Position numbers and translations under genes: made by a program
Origin: Octopus bimaculoides
Taxonomy: Eukaryota
Direction: 5' to 3'
DNA length: 64,000 nt
Assembly (NCBI RefSeq): GCF_001194135.2
Contig: NC_068991.1
Span: 79,441,598 to 79,505,597 of the forward strand
The notes under the pieces: model-generated
Told to the model about the DNA's origin: nothing
What the model saw: only the letters and a program-made list of their open reading frames with translations
Database searches by the model: none
In this document: positions 14,392 through 29,062 of the stretch, in pieces
How positions within the stretch are numbered: position 1 is the first letter of the stretch
Layout: every line of letters begins with the position of its first letter

Positions 14392-14591
14392 TATTCTTTT
14401 CTACTCTAAGCGGAAATCCCGAAACTTTTGAAGAGGGGACCAGTTGATTACATTGAACCCAGTACGCAACTGGTACTTAATTCATCGAACCTGAAAGGAT
14501 GAAAGGCAAAATCGACCTCGGAAGAATGTGAACTCAGAATGTAAAGAGATGAAATACCGGCGTGCTAACGCTTCTGCCAGCTCGCTGCCTT
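14392..14591 (-). mobile_element. tRNA-headed SINE, family D
   Basis: Minus strand reads AGGCAGCGAGCTGGCAGAAGCGTTAGCACGCCGG...GAGTTCAC...CCGAGGTCGATTTTGCCTTTCATCCTTTC...TAAGTACCAGTTGCGTACTGGG. Related fragments lie near 7290, 19880, 30990 and 38940. Confidence 0.8.
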
Positions 14592-15032
14592 GCGCTTTTA
14601 CTTAATATTTATATCTTAAGTGACAAACATTAACTTTATATATTTCTTATAAGATTTCTATGTTTCAACTACTTTATTTGAGTAATATTTTCGATAATTC
14701 TTGGACTTACTGGAATGTAGATTATAAAATTATAGGACGTCATACAAAAGCACAGTATACATACATATGTGTGTGTGTTTAAAGAAATAATTTTTACATA
14801 AAACCTACAGACAATTTGCGAAATTCCTTCCTAAAGGTTAGTACCATTCTACTCTCTAACTTTTGGAAAAAAAATCTTTTTCTAAATATTATCAAGTAAT
14901 TTCCTAAATACTTCTAAATAGATGCACACACACACACACACACAGAAATTTTACTCAGGATTTCACGCTCCCGTTAGTTGGACAGTTGTGATAACAGTTC
15001 CGTGATAATTTTGTAGCTATAATAAAACAAAA

Positions 15033-15112
15033 GTACACACACGCACGTACACACACACGCACGTACACACACACGCACGTACACACACACGCACGTACAC
15101 ACACACACGCAC
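15033..15112. repeat. Microsatellite-derived minisatellite, 5 units of GTAC(AC)nGCAC (14-18 bp)
   Basis: Units start at 15033, 15047, 15063, 15079 and 15095. Confidence 0.88.
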
Positions 15113-16346
15113 AATATTTCCTTGGCCTCGTCTTGAAGGTGTGGCTACGTATAGATTTTAGAAAATAATAACAACGACACCTTTATTGTCAACGTTTCAC
15201 AAATGTTCTAACGATTATCAGTTGCTCTAAGATGGCGTTTATCTTAGAAATTCTGACACAACAAACTGTATGTTACCCACAACCATTTGAATCAAATACT
15301 ATAACCCACTGGATAGTGTAGTACGAGTTACAGCTTCCGATCAACTTTTGATCAGTATTAGATGCTGCTCAATTCATGAAAGTTCTTTTCAATATATACA
15401 CATAAATAGACACCCACTTATGCACACGTATACGCACATACACAACCAAAATATTTAAAATACATTGTTTTATATTTCTTTTTTTTTTTTCTTCAAGTGG
15501 ATATTTTCAGTTGGAACTATTATATTTACGAAAGTGGTATTATAATAACTGAATAGACTACGATAGCCAATGATTAATGGAATGTAAATATATAATTTTT
15601 CAAACAATATTTAAACGTCTTATGATTGTCATTTATACTCGCTAATCTAATGATATTGTTTGTTAATGATATTAGTAATGTTATTGCTTTGCCTCTAGAT
15701 ATCTAGTCAAATATTTGCTGATATTGGAGGAACAACAATTTTCGGTGGATACAAAATGAACTCTTTCGTTCCTGTAGGCTGCCTGTTCTGTATTCAATAA
15801 TATGCTGCATCCTGTTGTTGTTGCTATTTAACCTGCTGATCAAATCTGATTAAAGATACCTATTACGGACAGAATTGGCATCCTTAATCATCCATTCTTT
15901 CTAGGGTTTGTTGGAATCGGAGTTATCTTACATAAATAAAGTATAAATATAAAGGATCTCATTATAATTTCCAGGATATGCAGTGATGGTGGTGAAAATT
16001 TATTTTCGTTTTTCTTTTTATAGCACTTCGATTGCTAGAAAAGAGAGCATTATTTCCTGAATATTTATATAATTTATCTATAGAGTTTAAAACTTTAAGA
16101 ACGCTTCTCACTTCTCTTTATCTCTCTGTATATTATATATATTCTTTATTACCTCCACCTGTTTTTTCACTTAATTTTTGAGTGCGGCTGCGTTCATTTT
16201 TAGCATTCTCGTTTGTGAGAGCAGTCGAGTTTATTTCAGATATTCTCATTTAAAAAATCATCTCCAGCTAATCGTTGAGAGGACGTTGGTGTTGCCTTGG
16301 CAGAGGGATGCGCTCTCTGAGTGCTCATGTTGTTTTATTTTCTTTT

Positions 16347-16748
16347 ATTCTTTCACTTGCTTACGTCATTTAACTGGGGCCATGCTGGAGCACCGCCTTC
16401 AGTTAAACAGATCCACCCCACGACTGATTCTTAGTAAGCCTAGTACTTAGTCAATCGGTCTCTTTGCCGAACCGCTAGTTTACGGGGACATAAACACATT
16501 AGCATCGGGTGTCAAGCGATGGTGGGGGGACAAACTGACACACAAATACATACATACATGCATACATACATACATGCTTATATATGACAGGTTTCTTCCA
16601 GTTTCCGTCTACCAAATCCACTCACAAGGCTTTGGTCGACCCGAGGCTACAGTAGAGTACACTTGCCCAAGGTGGAACGCAGCAGAACGGAGCCCAGAAC
16701 CATGTGGTTAGGAAGCAAGCTTCTTACTACATAGCTACGCCTGCTCCT
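16347..16748 (-). mobile_element. tRNA-headed SINE, family A (CORE-like body, internal CATA microsatellite)
   Basis: Same two-part layout as 43411-43810 and 63029-63348: GCCATGCTGGAGCACCGCC...CTAGTACTT, an internal (CATA)n, then TTTCCGTCTACCAAATCCACTCACAAGGCTTTGG...ACTTGCCCAAGGTG...GAACCATGTGGTT. Confidence 0.9.
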
Positions 16749-19450
16749 ATATATATATATATATATATATNNNNNNNNNNNNNNNNNNNNNNNNNNNNNN
16801 NNNNNNATATATATGGATGTGTGTGTGTGTATGTGTGTATGTATGTATGTATGTATGTATGTATGTATGTGCACATATATATACATAAATACACGCACAC
16901 ACATACAAACACATACATATATTCATATACTGTTGTACAACGATGAAAAAGCAATGAAATGACATTTTTGTAAGACATCAAGATTTTATTGAACTATAGT
17001 TCAGCTATAATCCAACGTATCTTTATTTGGAGATTCACGTTGATACATTCTCTTATGAATGAATGAGCAAAGTGGAGCAGAAAACTTGTCAACTTCATTT
17101 ACTTTCACGTCTTCTGTGTTAATACTGTTGAAAATGACAGAGGTGTGGATCCTTCACATAAATTCACTCATGTCTGCTTCAGCGAACTTCTGTCAAACGA
17201 ATTCTGGAAATCCACACACGAAACACGCACACACACAGACAGATACACACGCGCGCTTGCGTACGCACACACACATGCACATACACTTATAAATACTTTC
17301 TGTGTGCAGATAGTCTTATCACACTTACTTGCTAAATGTCAATGAGTATTACGAATAATTAATCAAATAAAAAGATGGCATTGTTCCGAAGACTCCTTGA
17401 AATGTCAGCGTTTCTGATTTCCATTGAAAACGTAAGGTTTTCAATGAGATTACAAAACGGTATACTTTGTATAAACCCAGGTAAAATATAAGCCTTGCTA
17501 ATATGTACGTGAAAAATGTGTTAACATTAAAATCATTGTTGATGATTTTGTAAGTTGTAAGTGGTACAAGTATCTATGAACTAAAGGTGACTTAAATTAA
17601 ATATCAACCATTAAGAATGAAATGTTAGGATCTCATCCGTACAATTTATTATAGATTAATATTTTTTCGTTAAATTCGTTTTATTGAGAAATTATGATAT
17701 TTGAATGTCATGAACTACATTGTGTCGGTTGCACGTCTTAAAAAAAAACGTTTTAATAAACTGTTTATATAACTTGAACTCTATCGCGGCGGAAGAAGTG
17801 TTCCCATATATTTAGAAACTCTCTGAAATTATTACGAATTGGTGATTGTTTTTTCTTTTGCTATAAATGCCCAGTTTTTGACAGAAAAAAAGGATTTTTC
17901 TTGCACACAACAAGGAAATTTACCTAAATTTGGTCCATTATTTAACAAATCAAAACCTACCTGATGGTATATGGTTTACTTTGTCACTTAACGATGGTGA
18001 TTCCTTCTTAAATTCCAATAAATATATGCTGCAGACACATTTCATATATTGTACGACTGCAGAAACATTTTATATACCGCTGAGGCATACAATATTATGA
18101 TACTAAATATGTTCGCGGTGCACATATATATAAAAAGTTTTCAAAAGAAAATGAAATGCAGATATTGATTGTCCTTGAATAATTTAGAAACCTGAACAAC
18201 GTCGAAGACAAAACTAAATGGAATTATTTTTAAAAGCAAGGAATATTATTTGAAATATTTCACAAAGAACGGTACAAATAAACCCAGTGACATTATTCAA
18301 GGATTTACAAAATATACTTCTTGGAGAAAATAATATAATCATTGCTTATAAATTTCGTTATCAATTAAAAAAAAACTAATAATTAATTAATATCTGATTG
18401 CTATAAATGATTAAATGCATTGCTTCTTTACTGTCGAGTATGAAACGTGTATTCCATTTTCTTATTAGCGCTAAATGTGATGGGAAGCAAAAGTCCGTGG
18501 AATCTACTTTTACGGAATGATAGAATGGTCGTAGAGAAAAGAACACACGATTTATTTCACACTAATGTACTTCCTAAAAGTACACTTAACTTGTTCGATT
18601 AAATTAATCAGTCAGAAGGTGAAATGAGAACTCAGTCTATGTTCGTCTATATTAACCCCCGACGCAGTATAATATAGTTCCCTTTCAATCTACTAATATA
18701 AACGTGAAAATACTTCTGGAGTAATTAAAAAAAAAAGAACAGTGTTCCAGAGCAGAAACAAAAAAAAGGAAAGATTCGAGAGATCAAGTAGCAAAACAAA
18801 CGACAAACATTTCTTTAATAAATGAAATTGCTTGAAGAGGAAATCTTATACAAAGATTTACTACAATCAACTTACTTTTATTGAAGTTATAATCACCGTG
18901 TTCAAAGGTTATCTTTGAACAATGTAAAGATAAATATCAAATGCTGGACCGCGTTTATGCATAAGAGCAGCGTCGAGAGTATATAGCAATAAATAAAAAT
19001 CTGAATGAGATATTTCAATTGATTTTTATCTTTCACAAACAACTTCATCAACCATTGCGTAATAATTGGAAGCCGCTACGAGGAGATTCGCCTCTTTCTC
19101 TCTGTTTCTCTTTTCCTCCCTCTCAGGTAAAAGAGTCGCCTGAAGACATGGCAGCAATTTGCATTGATTCTCTGATTTGGAAGCACACATTTCTTTTTTT
19201 GTGTTTGGCTTTCGCGCATATTCCAAAGTAACAATTTTCGTTTGGAAAACAAATGACGTTAAGGGAATGAAGCAAGAAGTTGTAATCATGAAATATATGT
19301 TAACATAACGCTTCCTGCTTCTCTTTTGATGTTACCGTATAAGATTACTAAGTTGGTTTCTTTAAAGATTCTCCGATCTATTCATACATATTCTCTTTCA
19401 TTCGTTCTCTCTCTCACTCTTTCTCTCTCTCGCTCTTCTTATTTATAAAA

Positions 19451-19488
<38 letters not shown>

Positions 19489-21807
19489 GTGTGTAAGGAT
19501 GTGAGGATATAACGGCATATAATTAGTACAAACACATCAAAAGTGTTATTAACTTTTTCGACATCATTCGACTTTGCGCAATAAAGTTTAGATTGTTACT
19601 ATATCAGATAGCATGGCAAGAAGAAATGTTGTGTTCAGTTTAATGAACTTAATATGAAGCAATGTTTGCGTATAATTAGTATGCATTAAGACTTGACTTC
19701 GAACCACGTGATTCTTAACCATGCAGTCATAATTGTATTCATAGGATTAATTTGTTTTAGTTTTTGCTGCCATTTCTATCACATAACTGTCGAAATGACA
19801 GAACTGTAAGAGAGTTCGATCTAATGTCTCACTTGCTATTAGTTCTGACTCTTGATGCTCTGCATTTAAATCCCGCTGGGGTCACCTTTACAGTTGATAG
19901 AAAGATTTCTATTCCAGAGCGGTGTACATTTGTGCTCTAATTGGTGGACTGACAGGCTCAAATCCGTCAGATGGCTACTTTCACTTCGTGCCTCGGGTGA
20001 CTTTTACTGGTGACTACTCTGCTGCATGCATTTGCAACGGAACTTTAGTTTAAGAATAGCTTACTATTATTCATTACTTCCACAAACTTCAGACGTTTTC
20101 TCAGTGTTCCTGAAATCAGCCATCCTTGCTGGTTTCCATGATGAAAATGAAGTGACAATTTAGATTCTAAAAGTGTTGCATGGGCAAACTTTTGCCAGAA
20201 GTGGAGCGTATCAGCTAATCACCAGGCAGGTCGTAAAAAAAAGAAAAAGTGAATTTTGTAGTCGTGCCATTCATATAGACCCGTGACCTGCAGTTTGTTT
20301 ATGACTGGTTTAGAGTTATAACTGTTGAGTTCAGACAGAGTAAGAGATAAAAACATAGAAATGGGTTAAAACAGAGAAAAGTAAAATGTATTATTAATTC
20401 TTATGCATACGGATATAGACATACATTCACAGATGTATATGTATATATACATCTCTGTGTATGTATGTGTGTGTGTATGTGTGTGCTTGCATGTGTGTGC
20501 GTGCAGTAATTTCACTCGCAAGCAGGAATGAGTTGAAGAGACTAGGGAGTATGTTCCCCTATTGTAGTTATGAGTGGTTCATTGCCATGACGACTGATAT
20601 TGTTTAATGGATATACGTATGCTGTGTGTCACTGTATGCACATGCGTGTCTGTGTATTTGCAAAATACATACATGTGCATGCGTATATAAATACATAAGA
20701 TGCATAGACGTATAATGCAAAAAGCAATCAGACGATGTATGAGGGAGATGATGTTTTCTGAAGGAAGATAAGAAAATCCTCAAGTGTGTCATGGGAAGAT
20801 GAATAAAATGAAAGCGAAATCATTAGTGCCAAGAAGGAGAGAATAACTGTTCAGTCAGTAGCAGAAGAGAAGGCTAATATAATAACTCAATGTAGACACA
20901 CGGTCACGTAGCCTCATCCACACACCAGCGCGAACACGAAACCAGCTAATTATGATCAAAAGTATCTTAGACGTTAACACCATACCATATCTTATTCCAT
21001 TTGCAACTCACTTTTTCTCAGAATGCCATATCTAAAGTTCTTAATACTTTAAAACGAGAGGGTGACATTTTGCACGATGTATTTTTTGACTGTGACAGGC
21101 TTCAGAAAGGCATTCAGAGAACTTTTTTTTCTTCAGCCGGACTTACTGGAAAATTTGAGAAGAGATTACAGATTTATTATGAAAACCTAAAATGATGCAC
21201 AAAAGTTAAAATGTGTTCATTACAGGAAGTTAAAGAGAAAGGCAAATTGTTTTCGTGGATTTACATTAAGTTCAATTAAAAAATCACAATGACAGATAGG
21301 AAGATATTCCTTTAGCAATTAAATCTAAAATTAATTGGAACAGTAAGAACGTATAAACTTCAGGAATATAAATGAGACATTAAAGATTAGATCTAAATAA
21401 AAAGAAATTCTATCTAGATAAATCCTTTATATCAATGTCGATTTTAAACAGTACGATGTTTCATTAACTGTTTAGAGTTAGAAAATGTTCTCTTACTATT
21501 AAGCAAACATATTATTTTGTGTGGTAATATCTCTTCCAATTATTGTTAAATAAGTTATGCATTTTGCACGTGACAAATCAACAGGTGGTACGAATGCCTT
21601 CGCGGAAATATCATTTTTTTTTTTTTTTTTTATGCTTCAGAATGTTTCACACATTATGAGCAATGACAATTTATTTCCGTGAAAAAATGGTGAGACAATA
21701 TTTTTCATCGTCTTCTCCATTTGTAGCTTGATATAGTGGGAGATACGACATATTTTTATATGTTTGTCGCATTCTTCGTTTATTCACTGAATAAAATTTG
21801 ACATAAA

Positions 21808-22050
21808 GCATGGCCTACACGCCGCAGGCTTTCCTTCCCAGCTTGAGGCAGCGGTGCAAGGCCAAGGGGATGGCAAAAGGCCTGACAGTGTGACAATTAT
21901 CGTGTCGCGAGACAGCAGGCTACTCATCTGGGGTGCCACATGCAATGACACCTTCTTTAGCGTCATCTTGGTGTGTTCAGACCAAGCTCCAAGCTCGTCA
22001 TCGTCCTGGGAAACGCCATTTGAAATTTGTCTGCTAGGACCAATGGAGAG
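21808..22050 (+). mobile_element. CRE-like non-LTR retrotransposon restriction-like endonuclease relic
   Basis: The frame reads HGLHAAGFPSQLEAAVQGQGDGKRPDSVTIIVSRDSRLLIWGATCNDTF, matching the AGxPSxLEP..DGKRPDGxT...WDATCxDT motif of CRE-type RLE domains. Confidence 0.7.
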
Positions 22051-22246
22051 AATGTGAGACTTTCGTAGATTGCTACATGAACAATAGAATTATACAATCC
22101 CTCTTCAGTTAAAAGAAAAACTTAAGAAAATCTTTTCTATTTTATTGATAAACTATTACCCTGGAAAATGACCGAATAAATATTCTAGATGAGTTTATTT
22201 TCGTAAATTCTCTGGAAGCAATATTATTTTCGCTTAGCCAAATGTA

Positions 22247-22279
<33 letters not shown>

Positions 22280-22323
22280 CACACTAACATATATACCTGT
22301 ATACATATATTATATACATACAT

Positions 22324-22360
<37 letters not shown>

Positions 22361-22708
22361 AATGAATGTATGTATCTAAAAAACTCGACTGCCAGAATTA
22401 TCTGATGGATCACTCTCTATAGATTAGAAAATAATAAAAATATAAAGTGAAAATATATTGGATAACGTATGCTCAATTATACTGAATCACATTGTACTCT
22501 TTTTATGAGATGATCCTAGATAGAAAGTCTTTCATCTTATGTCTGTTCTGTAGAGTCTGACATTGTTGCTTATATTTTCGAGGACGATAAAAGGCGCAGT
22601 AGGTTTAAAATCTGATAAAGGATGTTCAACTTTCCTCAAAAACAAAAGTGTAATTTGAAATTTTTACGTAGAGAAAACTATGTTAAACGAACGAGAGAAA
22701 GAAAGGAT

Positions 22709-22772
<64 letters not shown>

Positions 22773-23213
22773 NNNNNNNNNNNNNNNNNNNNNNNNNNNN
22801 NNNNNNNNNNNNNNNNNNNNNNNNNNNNNNNNNNNNNNNNNNNNNNNNNNNNNNNNNNNNNNNNNNNNNNNNNNNNNNNNNNNNNNNNNNNNNNNNNNNN
22901 NNNNNNNNNNNNNNNNNNNNNNNNNNNNNNNNNNNNNNNNNNNNNNNNNNNNNNNNNNNNNNNNNNNNNNNNNNNNNNNNNNNNNNNNNNNNNNNNNNNN
23001 NNNNNNNNNNNNNNNNNNNNNNNNNNNNNNNNNNNNNNNNNNNNNNNNNNNNNNNNNNNNNNNNNNNNNNNNNNNNNNNNNNNNNNNNNNNNNNNNNNNN
23101 NNNNNNNNNNNNNNNNNNNNNNNNNNNNNNNNNNNNNNNNNNNNNNNNNNNNNNNNNNNNNNNNNNNNNNNNNNNNNNNNNNNNNNNNNNNNNNNNNNNN
23201 NNNNNNNNNNNNN

Positions 23214-23292
<79 letters not shown>

Positions 23293-24370
23293 TTTAAGTT
23301 GAAATGTAGGATTAAATGTAGTTTTGAAAACGTTTTCTTTTTTTGAATACGACAACACAAATGCCAGCAATTTGGATATCCTTCACGTACCTTCTTCTTT
23401 TACAACATCTTTTTACGAATTTGAAACGATTAAATTAACCTGAAGATCATTGAATAGATACTGTAAGTAATGCACCTACTTTCATTGTTTTTTCATTTCG
23501 TTTTCCATTTTCTGTCAAACTATTGAATTAATTTCGGATGTTTTATTGTATAAAATAGATTAAAATTTGGAACGAAACAGAAGTAAATACTCAATACGTC
23601 CCAACAAGGAAATTAAAGTTAATTAGAGAAACCATTTCATTTGAAACAAGGAACTGAAATTCGTTTTCTGATTATAACTGTTCACTGCTTAATTCAACGA
23701 AACGCCAAAATTTCTATTTGTTGCAGACGAAAACTAATTAGTATTCGTTGCCATATGGTTATTCAAATATTATATCACCTTCAGAACCAAACTTCCATGT
23801 TGCTCGTATCTATTATGCCGCAATCATTAAAAGCTTCCTCCAAAATCAATAAGTTTAGATGTGTATAACATTGAGCAATTTACAAAAATATCAAATATAC
23901 GTTATAGTCCAACGCAGATTCACGCAAATATTACTCCGTAAATATTCCAATATTCTGCATATTATTCCAATATTCCAATATTCTGCATATTATAATTGAA
24001 TTTTATAGAATGATGACAAAAACAAAACAATTTAACAATATACTATAATTTGTAAAGGCAAATTCCTATGAAATCATGCATTAACATACAATATAGTTCA
24101 TATCACTACGCAAGCATGCAAACATTTACATCGTTATTGCATTTTAGTTCCACTAAATTAAAATTTCCAATATCCGAATATATTTAATTAGCCGAGTGCG
24201 CATTAGCTTTTTTCTCTTGCACCCCACTAAATGAGAATGCAGAAAATCTCAGATTGCCAAAGAATCATAACTCGCTGCCATGATGTTTATTCCCTCACGT
24301 TGAAGGCATGAAACGGCAAATAGTACCGGAAACCTACAGATCAGTTGTTGCTACGGTCCTTCATATAAAG

Positions 24371-24464
<94 letters not shown>

Positions 24465-25344
24465 CGTATATATAATTGTATTGCTCGAACTCGCACATAT
24501 ATGTGTTTGTGTGAGACAGTGCTTTGTGAGTTTGTTTGTCTGGTATGTTTATGTCTGAATTTGTACGAATGAAACTGGAGAAAGATAGCTTTATACAGGA
24601 GTGGTGGGATTTCAAAGAAGTCAATTATTAGTCAAATCTAAAATAGATTTCTTCAGTTTCGGATCAACACAATTGGTGTTATGCCAATTTCCGATTTCTC
24701 GGCGAAGTCTGAAAATATCTATTAGTTTTCTATTCATAATAATTCCATACTACACAAAAGAATTAATCCCGAAACTTACTCGAAAGCAAATCAAAGGCAT
24801 ATAGTTCCAGTCTCTCTGAAAATTCTAACATTTCGAATAAAATGATAAACAGGATAAGGATTAATACATATGATATGAAAAATATTGTTTACGTATTCTT
24901 TCTTCTTATTTGAACGTAATGGTTTCTACATTGCAAGGAAACTGTTTGTTGCATACTTCAACATTATTAATTAAAAAAACATATGGCTAGAGACTTTACT
25001 TCGTGCCAGTCGCTTTAAACATTGAAATTCTAAAATAAAAAACAGATCGGACGTCTGTCATATTTCTTACCTTCCTGTTCCCCCTTCTCTCTCAATCTTT
25101 CTTCTTCTTCTTCTCTCTCCCTCCATCTCTGATATATTTGTATATATCATTATGTAGATATAAATTAATATACAGTGTGTGTATTGTGTGTTTGTCAGTG
25201 TTCTTATATATNNNNNNNNNNNNNNNNNNNNNNNNNNNNNNNNNNNNNNNNNNNNNNNNNNNNNNNNNNNNNNNNNNNNNNNNNNNNNNNNNNNNNNNNN
25301 NNNNNNNNNNNNNNNNNNNNNNNNNNNNNNNNNNNNNNNNNNNN

Positions 25345-25375
<31 letters not shown>

Positions 25376-25810
25376 TGCACAATAATTACATATGTAATAT
25401 ATATAAAAGAAGAAAAAGAAAATGGAGATTGGGAAGTTAATAATTGTTTATTATTTACAGCAGACTAAAGAATCCGGAAACCCATAAAACATCCAAGGGT
25501 ATGTTTTCCCTTCGGAAGATATTATGCTCAGGTCATATAAATATGAATTGAATATTTACTTAATATTTACTGAATATTAACTGAAACAGCCGTAAGTGAT
25601 AATGATTAATTTGCTGTTAATAATAAACAGCTAGTAACTTCCCAATCTCCATTTTCTATTTGTTCTTTATTTGAATATGAATTATATGTTTTTTTATATA
25701 TATAGCTATTATTTTAAGGAAATTAATTCCTCAAAAATACTAGATATTAAACCAGCGTTTCCTTGGATGAAAATATCCCCTTCATTGGGTTCACACAACC
25801 TCGAATCGAA

Positions 25811-25854
<44 letters not shown>

Positions 25855-26241
25855 ATGCATGTACTGAACAGATACAGAACAAATAATGAGGAACAGCCTT
25901 ATTATGGTCGATTCAATGCTATCTGCGTTAATTAACAAACCCCAGATAAAATGATTAGCTACTCGTTTGAACTCCACATGAGGTCTAATAGCTACAGAGA
26001 ACTGGGGACTTCTAATTTACATACCATTAGCGTTTAAGTCTTATTTAATATCGATGACGTGTCAATGGGGATCACATTCAAAAGGGCACATGTACACCCA
26101 CGAAGTCGAATAATTTGCAGACCTTATTGTAAGTCTAAAGTACTTTTCGTTTTTAGAATCACTGTACTAATTGACTAATTGACTACAAGCATAGTTATGA
26201 AGTTTGGGTATTTAATTAATAAATTGAAGAAAATGCTAGTG

Positions 26242-27280
26242 TACGAGGGTTGGCTGACCAAAACACTCTCATAGAATATGATCAAAAGAGGTTTACTTTT
26301 AACACAATTCCCCTTGTGTTCTACACGCATTCTTTTATCGGTATTGCAACACTTGTATCTCATTGGTCAAAAATTTATTTCAATAGCAGATATGACGCCA
26401 TCAGCATTGTGATACTTACACGTTGGGAAACAGATGATAGTCAGATGGGGCCAATTCAAGAGAATAGCGTAGGGGATCAACCAGTTCAAAGCTACAATGA
26501 CGCACATCAGTCATTGAAGCAAAGGACTTTATGCAAGAGTATTGTCCTGATGAAATATAACATGTTCCCTCAATTTTCCTCCGCATTTGATCTTATTATT
26601 TCGTAAATCATTCAGTAATTTGGCATAGTGCTCCCTGTTGATGGTGTGGATGTTTTGAATATTGTCAATAAACAAAACGATCGCGGTGATTACATCTCCT
26701 GCAAATGAAGTAGCCTTGGATTTCTTTGGAGCAGTTGATGGGAGTCTGTTTCCACTGCATGGATTGTCTTTTTGTCTCTGGCTTAAAGAGATTAGGTTAG
26801 CAAACATCCTGAATTAGGAAACGTTCAAAGAAATTAGTTGGATCTGCCTTTAAAACGTTATATTTTCCCGTGATGGGATCAGCTTAGAGCATTTTTGTAG
26901 AAGTCAGAAGACATGAAGCCCACCAAGCAGAAACATTTATCATATCAAGTTTGTTGTGCAGAGTATTCTCAACTTTCACACGAGATATGCTAATAGTATT
27001 AGCTATTTGATTTAGAGTCAATCGCCTGTCATTCATCAACATGTGGCGAGCAAGATTAATATATTCCTCGATTGGGACAGTTACAGAACATCCAGTACGT
27101 GGGTCAACTTCAAGACTCTCCCTTCTCCTTCAAAATTCAGCCGCGTACTATTTCACAGATCGTAAATCTGCAGTGACATCCACTAACGTAGCAGGTATGT
27201 CAGTATGAATATCCTCTGAGACTAAACCAGTTTTTTGCAGGTGGAAACATTACGATATCATTACGATATCGCTACTACTT
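26242..27280 (-). mobile_element. mariner transposon relic (decayed transposase plus 3' terminus)
   Basis: Minus frame AGDVIT...HTINREHYAKLLNDLR..KCGGKLREHVIFHQDN matches the mariner SAGKVM...INGEYY...GVLFHQDNA motif. The end TACGAGGG...GGCTGACCAA is at 26242. It is collinear with the 34874-36099 copy. Confidence 0.9.
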
Positions 27281-27802
27281 AGTTTATATATTTAAATTAA
27301 TTTATTTAATTTAAATGAATAGATGTTAATAGTTCTAGCGTTACTCCTTCAAAGTTTGCATAAGAATTTTGCTGTCAACCCAAGTAATTACTCTGAGTCA
27401 AAAATTTAAAACAAATACTCTACATCTGTTATTGATGTTTTCCGCATTGTGTGACTTTGATTTTACACATGCATGCGTGTTGAGTATTAAATTCTTTCTT
27501 TCTCACACATACACAAAGACGTATACACGCTTGTGTATGCGTGTGTGCGCGCGCGCTTTCGCGTGTGCATACAGGTGTATGCTTATTATACATATGCAAG
27601 TGCATGGCTATATTCGTCGTCAACAATACAGACAGTCAGACATATTCATTATCAAAAGATACAATGAATTACTATTACAAAAGTGCATAACTAATAGTGA
27701 ACGCTAAGATTATTCACAAAAAATACAATTTTGATATACATATATAAAAACATACAAACATATAGTTACACATAACTTCACACACGTTCACAAAAGTACA
27801 CG

Positions 27803-27871
<69 letters not shown>

Positions 27872-28822
27872 CATATATAGCTATCTATCATTACACGCTA
27901 TCACACACTGCTGAACAAAAAATCTAGACATAGGTATGTGTATGTACATATGTAATTTACAGTCACACAAAACTTTCTCTCACAACATAATTTTTTCTTG
28001 ACTGCCATAAGATGAAACTCGTTTCAAAAATACAATCATTCCGGATATAGCACCTAATTTACAATGTCATAATGTAAATTGAATAGAAAAAAAAACACAG
28101 TCGAGGAAAATATAAAATGCAAGTAGAATATTGACTGGTGAAATGTAACATAGATATCGTAAGATGATTTTTCATAGAACCAAATAAAAACAAATACCGA
28201 AAATTGCCCTACATTGTAAATATATATCATTTTAAGAAGTAACAAGATTTTATTGGTGACATTTTTTCTTTTGTTATAGTTCTTCATCAAATTTCGAAAA
28301 GACCAGCTGAGGGTAAAATGTATTGGTCTGGTCGCCATTTCTATAGGTTCTTTCAAAACAATTAGTGCACCGTTGTAAAGAAGACACACAAAGTATTAAA
28401 GAAAATTCAATTATACATCCATAATAAAATTTAATGTCTTACAGCTGTTTCTGGTTTAACTCAATATATGGGATATTCCGTCATCGGAGACAAATAGAGA
28501 AAATGTGAAGGGTATAGATTAAGAAAACTGTGACATAAAGGACTAGAGAAAAGGAATAACGGAAGGAAGAAAAAGAAGAAAAAAGAGCATAAAAGTTCAC
28601 ATTTCAACTTACCTACAGTGGTGTAAATACACAAATTGTTCCGCACTTTTAAATTCTTCTATAAATCCAAATGTAAACTTGACCCCACACATAACACTCA
28701 CATACATACCTCCATGGTCGTTAAATCTTAGCCTTGTATATCTTAGATTTTAATACATTACTGCTCTAACTTTTAGAGTGTGATTCTTTTTCGGATATAT
28801 GATCTACTTACGATATACATAC

Positions 28823-28905
<83 letters not shown>

Positions 28906-29022
28906 ACATATACATATATACTCCTGTTCGCACATCAAAATTTCTAATATCCAGCTATTTTTGCACTCCAGTGGATGTCATATATGTGTGTGTGGGTGGG
29001 TGGTGTGAGTGTTTGTGTGTGT

Positions 29023-29062
<40 letters not shown>

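Noticed and set aside
23391-23439. Minus-strand segment with good acceptor and donor
   Set aside because: All three frames contain stops. This shows that good splice signals occur by chance here, so all exon candidates were scored low.
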